Assembly (NCBI RefSeq): GCF_009914755.1
Contig: NC_060941.1
From: the human T2T-CHM13v2.0 reference genome, Homo sapiens
Strand: one strand, 5' to 3'
Length of the DNA stretch: 64,000 nucleotides
Shown here: one piece after another, positions 58,001 through 64,000 of the stretch
Numbering within the stretch: position 1 is the stretch's first letter
How the letters are laid out: each line of letters opens with the position of its first letter
The notes under the pieces: model-generated
The model's database searches: none
Told to the model about the DNA's origin: nothing
Seen by the model: only the letters and a program-made list of their open reading frames with translations
Made by a program: the position numbers and the translations under genes

Positions 58001-61000
58001 GTCAGGGAGAGACCCCAGCGAGGGCGACGTCAGGGAGAGACCCCAGCGAGGGCGACGTCAGGGAGAGACCCCAGCGAGGGCGACGTCAGGGAGAGACCCC
58101 AGCGAGGGCGACGTCAGGAAGAGACCCCAGCGAGGGCGACGTCAGGGAGAGACCCCAGCGAGGGCGACGTCAGGGAGAGACCCCAGCGAGGGCGACGTCA
58201 GGAAGAGACCCCAGCGAGGGCGACGTCAGGGAGAGACCCCAGCGAGGGCGACGTCAGGGAGAGACCCCAGCGAGGGCGACGTCAGGGAGAGACCCCAGCG
58301 AGGGCGACGTCAGGGAGAGACCCCAGCGAGGGCGACGTCAGGGAGAGACCCCAGCGAGGGCGACGTCAGGGTGAGACCCCAGCGAGGGCGACGTCAGGGA
58401 GAGACCCCAGCGAGGGCGACGTCAGGGAGAGACCCCAGCGAGGGCGACGTCAGGGAGAGACCCCAGCGAGGGCGACGTCAGGGAGAGACCCCAGCGAGGG
58501 CGACGTCAGGGAGAGACCCCAGCGAGGGCGACGTCAGGGAGAGACCCCAGCGAGGGCGACGTCAGGGAGAGACCCCAGCGAGGGCGACGTCAGGGAGAGA
58601 CCCCAGCGAGGGCGACGTCAGGAAGAGACCCCAGCGAGGGCGACGTCAGGGAGAGACCCCAGCGAGGGCGACGTCAGGAAGAGACCCCAGCGAGGGCGAC
58701 GTCAGGGAGAGACCCCAGCGAGGGCGACGTCAGGGAGAGACCCCAGCGAGGGCGACGTCAGGAAGAGACCCCAGCGAGGGCGACGTCAGGGAGAGACCCC
58801 AGCGAGGGCGACGTCAGGGAGAGACCCCAGCGAGGGCGACGTCAGGGAGAGACCCCAGCGAGGGCGACGTCAGGGAGAGACCCCAGCGAGGGCGACGTCA
58901 GGAAGAGACCCCAGCGAGGGCGACGTCAGGGTGAGACCCCAGCGAGGGCGACGTCAGGGAGAGACCCCGGCGAGGGCGACGTCAGGGAGAGACCCCGGCG
59001 AGGGCGACGTCAGGGAGAGACCCCGGCGAGGGCGACGTCAGGGAGAGACCCCGGCGAGGGCGACGTCAGGGTGAGACCCCAGCGAGGGCGACTTCAGGGT
59101 GAGACCCCGGCGAGGGCGACGTCAGGGTGAGACCCCGGCGAGGGCGACGTCAGGGAGAGACCCCGGCGAGGGCGACGTCAGGGAGAGACCCCAGCGAGGG
59201 CGACGTCAGGGAGAGACCCCAGCGAGAGCGACGTCAGGGAGAGACCCCAGCGAGGGTGACGTCAGGGAGAGACCCCAGCGAGGGCGACGTCAGGGAGAGA
59301 CCCCAGCGAGGGCGACGTCAGGGTGAGACCCCAGCGAGGGCGACGTCAGGGTGAGACCCCAGCGAGGGCGACGTCAGGGTGAGACCCCAGCGAGGGCGAC
59401 GTCAGGGAGAGACCCCAGCGAGGGCGACGTCAGGGAGAGACCCCAGCGAGGGCGACGTCAGGAAGAGACCCCAGCGAGGGCGACGTCAGGGAGAGACCCC
59501 AGCGAGGGCGACGTCAGGAAGAGACCCCAGCGAGGGCGACGTCAGGGAGAGACCCCAGCGAGGGCGACGTCAGGGAGAGACCCCAGCGAGGGCGACGTCA
59601 GGGAGAGACCCCAGCGAGGGTGACGTCAGGGAGAGACCCCAGCGAGGGTGACGTCAGGGAGAGACCCCAGCGAGGGTGACGTCAGGGAGAGACCCCAGCG
59701 AGGGCGACGTCAGGAAGAGACCCCAGCGAGGGCGACGTCAGGGAGAGACCCCAGCGAGGGTGACTTCAGGGTGAGACCCCAGCGAGGGCGACGTCAGGAA
59801 GAGACCCCAGCGAGGGCGACGTCAGGGAGAGACCCCAGCGAGGGTGACGTCAGGGAGAGACCCCAGCGAGGGCTACGTCAGGGTGAGACCCCAGCGAGGG
59901 TGACTTCAGGGAGAGACCCCAGCGAGGGTGACGTCAGGGAGAGACCCCAGCGAGGGTGACTTCAGGGAGAGACCCCAGCGAGGGCGACGTCAGGGAGAGA
60001 CCCCAGCGAGGGTGACGTCAGGGAGAGACCCCAGCGAGGGCGACGTCAGGGAGAGACCCCAGCGAGGGCGACGTCAGGGAGAGACCCCGGCGAGGGTGAC
60101 GTCAGGGTGAGACCCCAGCGAGGGCGACGTCAGGAAGAGACCCCAGCGAGGGCGACGTCAGGGAGAGACCCCAGCGAGGGCGACGTCAGGGAGAGACCCC
60201 AGCGAGGGCGACGTCAGGGAGAGACCCCAGCGAGGGTGACGTCAGGAAGAGACCCCAGCGAGGGCGACGTCAGGAAGAGACCCCAGCGAGGGCGACGTCA
60301 GGGAGAGACCCCAGCGAGGGCGACGTCAGGGAGAGACCCCAGCGAGGGTGACGTCAGGGAGAGACCCCAGCGAGGGTGACTTCAGGGTGAGACCCCGGCG
60401 AGGGTGACGTCAGGGTGAGACCCCAGCGAGGGCGACGTCAGGGAGAGACCCCAGCGAGGGTGACGTCAGGGAGAGACCCCAGCGAGGGTGACTTCAGGGT
60501 GAGACCCCGGCGAGGGTGACGTCAGGGTGAGACCCCAGCGAGGGCGACGTCAGGGAGAGACCCCAGCGAGGGTGACGTCAGGGAGAGACCCCAGCGAGGG
60601 TGACTTCAGGGAGAGACCCCAGCGAGGGCGACGTCAGGGAGAGACCCCAGCGAGGGCGACGTCAGGGAGAGACCCCAGCGAGGGTGACTTCAGGGTGAGA
60701 CCCCAGCGAGGGCGACGTCAGGAAGAGACCCCAGCGAGGGTGACGTCAGGAAGAGACCCCAGCGAGGGCGACATCAGGAAGAGACCCCAGCGAGGGCGAC
60801 GTCAGGGAGAGACCCCAGCGAGGGCGACGTCAGGGTGAGACCCCAGCGAGGGCGACGTCAGGGAGAGACCCCAGCGAGGGCGACGTCAGGGAGAGACCCC
60901 AGCGAGGGCGACGTCAGGGAGAGACCCCAGCGAGGGCGACGTCAGGGAGAGACCCCAGCGAGGGTGACGTCAGGAAGAGACCCCAGCGAGGGCGACATCA

Positions 61001-61340
61001 GGAAGAGACCCCAGCGAGGGCGACGTCAGGGAGAGACCCCAGCGAGGGCGACGTCAGGGAGAGACCCCAGCGAGGGTGACGTCAGGGAGAGACCCCAGCG
61101 AGGGTGACTTCAGGGTGAGACCCCGGCGAGGGTGACGTCAGGGTGAGACCCCAGCGAGGGCGACGTCAGGGAGAGACCCCAGCGAGGGTGACGTCAGGGA
61201 GAGACCCCAGCAAGGGTGATGTCAGGGAGAGACCCCAGCGAGGGCGACGTCAGGGAGAGACCCCAGCAAGGGTGACTTCAGGGTGAGACCCCAGCGAGGG
61301 CGACGTCAGGGAGAGACCCCAGCGAGGGCGACGTCGGGGA
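55061..61340. repeat. CpG-rich minisatellite with a 28-bp unit, about 224 copies
   Basis: Unit gagaccccagcgaggg(c/t)gacgtcaggga. Confidence 0.98.
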
Positions 61341-62759
61341 TATCCAAAGTGCCCCACAGGGAAAAGATTCTGAAGAGATAGGAACACGAAATTTCTTTGC
61401 AAATTTCTCTTTCAATCCACAAACTTTTCCCGAGCACCTTTATATACAACACACTGCAGGAGACACTGAGTGCTGGCTGTGGCCCGTGGCTGCCGGGTTA
61501 TAATCAGGATGTGGCGGGAAATTGAGGAGGCAAAGCCAATGCTGAACAGAGAAGAACACGCTAATTGTCTTAACCAGCTTTCAGCTCCTTAAAAATTGGT
61601 CTTCTTCACCCCTTTCTAGGCCACCCCCCCTCAGATAACACCTGTGTCCTCCAAGAAGCTTTCTTATGGCCCAGGTACGTTTGAGACGCTGCAGGAATGG
61701 TTTGCAGAATCCTGGGGAATCTAGATTCCAGTGAACTTTTCTACTGATTACAGCATCACTTTGAGTGAGTCATTCTTCGTTTTCGTTTAGTGGATAGGGA
61801 TTCGAGGCTAAACAGTAAATGAAATGAATTTCTGGTTTGCAACATCCTGTGCTTAGAAGCCGCCAGGGCCGTTCCTCCCAGCCCCAACTAACGCACCCAT
61901 GAAAGCACGTGGAAAAGGCACCGCGAAACCCCAGCCCGGGGCCTCTGACAGCTCAGCACCAGGCTCCACATCAGGTGAGGGGATGAGGCGGGAGACGGGA
62001 GGCGTGCCATGGACCACCTGGGCCTCGCCTGCCCACCTGGGCCTCGCCTGCCTGGCTGGAGTAGGGGCAGCAGCTGAAGCCGCCTGGGCAGCCTTCCTGG
62101 CACTTCAGGGCTGCCAGTTCCTGGGGCCACAGGGGCTGTCCTCCCTCCGCCAACCCTCCTGTCATCCCTGGGAGATACAGCTTCCAGAATCTAGCCAGTC
62201 CGGCAATGTGAGTTGCATTGGGGAAGGAGTATTTCCTGAAGCAAGGCTGCATCTGGGAGAGCAGGGAGAGCAGGAAGAGCGGAGGAGACAGCATAAGCCA
62301 GGGGCTGCGGTCCCTCGTCCTCCCTGGTTCCGACGGGCCAGGTCGCAGGAGAGTCAAAGGTGCCTCCTGCATGGGGCAGGGTCACAGGCACAATCCCAGA
62401 CCAAGGGAGGGGCTATGAGGAGACGCCTTGGAGTCAATCCTGGGTCTGCGGGGCTTAGGCTGCTGCAGAAGCGGGGAGGGGAAAACCTCCAAAGTGTTTA
62501 GTGCAGGTGAATGTGGCATGCTAGGGCTCAGGAACATAATTAGACAATTGTTTGGTGTCTAGGAAACATAAAGACGGGCCTTACTAATAAAATAGAAAAC
62601 CAAAAGAAGAAAAGGAGCAAAATAAAGGAAATAATGGAGGACTGCCGGGAAACCAGAGTGGAGAACAGAATCGAAACTTACACCGGAGGGGAAAGAGCAG
62701 ACGTGGTCACGGAGAAAACAGAGTAGCTGGAATGCTGTTCTAGGCTCATAGGAGCATGA

Positions 62760-63250
62760 GCTGGTATTAATACAGGCACTCTGGAAAATGATCAGGAATT
62801 ACCCAATAGAGTTGAATGTGGACACACCCCATAATCCAAGAGAAACCCTCAGGCCTAAAATCTGCAGAAACTCTTGTACATGAACATGTACTCCAGGAGA
62901 CATGAATGTTTACAGCACAATTATTCATAACAGCAAAAAAAAAAAAAACAAAAAAAGGAGAGTAACCAAAATGATCACCAATGGTAGAATGGATAAATAG
63001 GTACGTATTTTTTACAATGGGATATAGACCACAGTGATGGGAATGAATACAGCTACACACATCAACATGGGTGAATTTCAAGATCACAATGTCGAATAAA
63101 GAAGAAATGCACAGAAAAATACACACAGATCCACCTTGTTTATGTCACATTCAAACACAAGCAGAACTAAGCATGGGGACGTCTGCAGTGGGGTAACGAC
63201 TCCAGTGGTAATTAGTGGGTACCTCTTTTATTATGATTCTTCAAACTGCA
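62760..63250 (+). mobile_element. Old L1M (L1MC/ME-like) 3' fragment
   Basis: aatgtttacagcacaattattcataacagc...ggtagaatggataaata...acatgggtgaatttcaaga. Confidence 0.7.
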
Positions 63251-63285
63251 CACAAGTGTTTCTGAGTACAGTTTGGAACCATAAG

Positions 63286-63546
63286 CTCCCAGGCTGGAGT
63301 ACATTGGTGCAATTACGGTTCACCGCAGCCTCGACCTCTGGGGCTTAAGCAGTCCTCCCACCTCAGCCTCCTGATAGCTGAGGCTACAGGCGTGTGCCAC
63401 TATACCTGGCTAATGTGGGGATTTTTTGTAGAGAGGGTGTTTCACCATGTTGCCCAGGCTGGTCTCAAGCTCCTGGGCTCAAGCAATCTGCCCACCTTGG
63501 CCTCCCAAAGTGCTGGGATTACAGGTGTGAGCCACCATGCCCAGGC
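63286..63546 (-). mobile_element. AluJ-type SINE, tail missing
   Basis: cccaggctggagtac...ctcccaaagtgctgggattacaggtgtgagccaccatgcccagg. Confidence 0.88.
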
Positions 63547-64000
63547 TTATTCCCTTTTTTGTTTATTTAAATCTTGAACACACATCACAGTTTATTAATC
63601 CACCAGCAAGAAAACCAGGCGAGGGACTAGAGTGTGCCAGTCCACAGCGGGAATGGAATGGAAAGTCCAGAGCTGGGAAATGGAGCTCTGAGCTAAGCAG
63701 CCAGTTTACAAAGGCAAGCAGCTCATTAGGAGGATGTCACGGTTCTGTGTGGTCTCAAGAACCTCGTCTCCAGGACAGTTGGTACAGAGGAAATCGGGGA
63801 TGAGACAGTTGGGAGCACCAATCAGGAATCAAACATTTAAAATAACCAATGAGAAGCAAATGATAAGGAAACATCTGTGGCTGTTAATAGGAATGACAAG
63901 GTTCACCGTGCTAAGAAATGACTAAAATATAGTTCAACCGAGTTTTAAAATTCATTAGTGAGATCTCTCATTTTTAGGGATGAAAATGGTTCCTGGGGTT

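Noticed and set aside
55196-61107. Many Arg-rich ORFs (RPQRGRRQGETPARATSGRDPSEGDVRE)n
   Set aside because: These are translations of a 28-bp repeat cycling through three frames, with GTG starts and scattered TGA stops. No gene structure.

Overview
Human/great-ape genomic DNA lying inside the minus-strand gene RPH3AL (Noc2, the rabphilin-3A-like Rab3/Rab27 effector, recalled as distal 17p). Only two coding exons are present: 29342-29168 (VWKRSGAWFY...TWARGR) and 2041-1928 (VVSSDSDSDSD...KESG). Both have canonical AG/GT ends and splice in frame. The rest is intron with Alu, L1, MIR, MaLR/ERVL LTR and Tigger relics, plus eight large minisatellites (87, 45, 37, 50, 17, 37, 67 and 28 bp units) and a GT-rich tract, together about 30% of the window. 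Nearly all long ORFs in the track are by-products of these repeats. I see no new protein-coding system. The best leads concern what the VNTRs multiply: splice-site-like cassettes on the pre-mRNA strand, a 6.3-kb CRE/half-CRE CpG array, a GC-shifted L1-derived array, and a possible gene-conversion tract between two L1s. Functional claims are inference. Repeat-family names come from recall of consensus sequences, and repeat boundaries and copy numbers are manual estimates.
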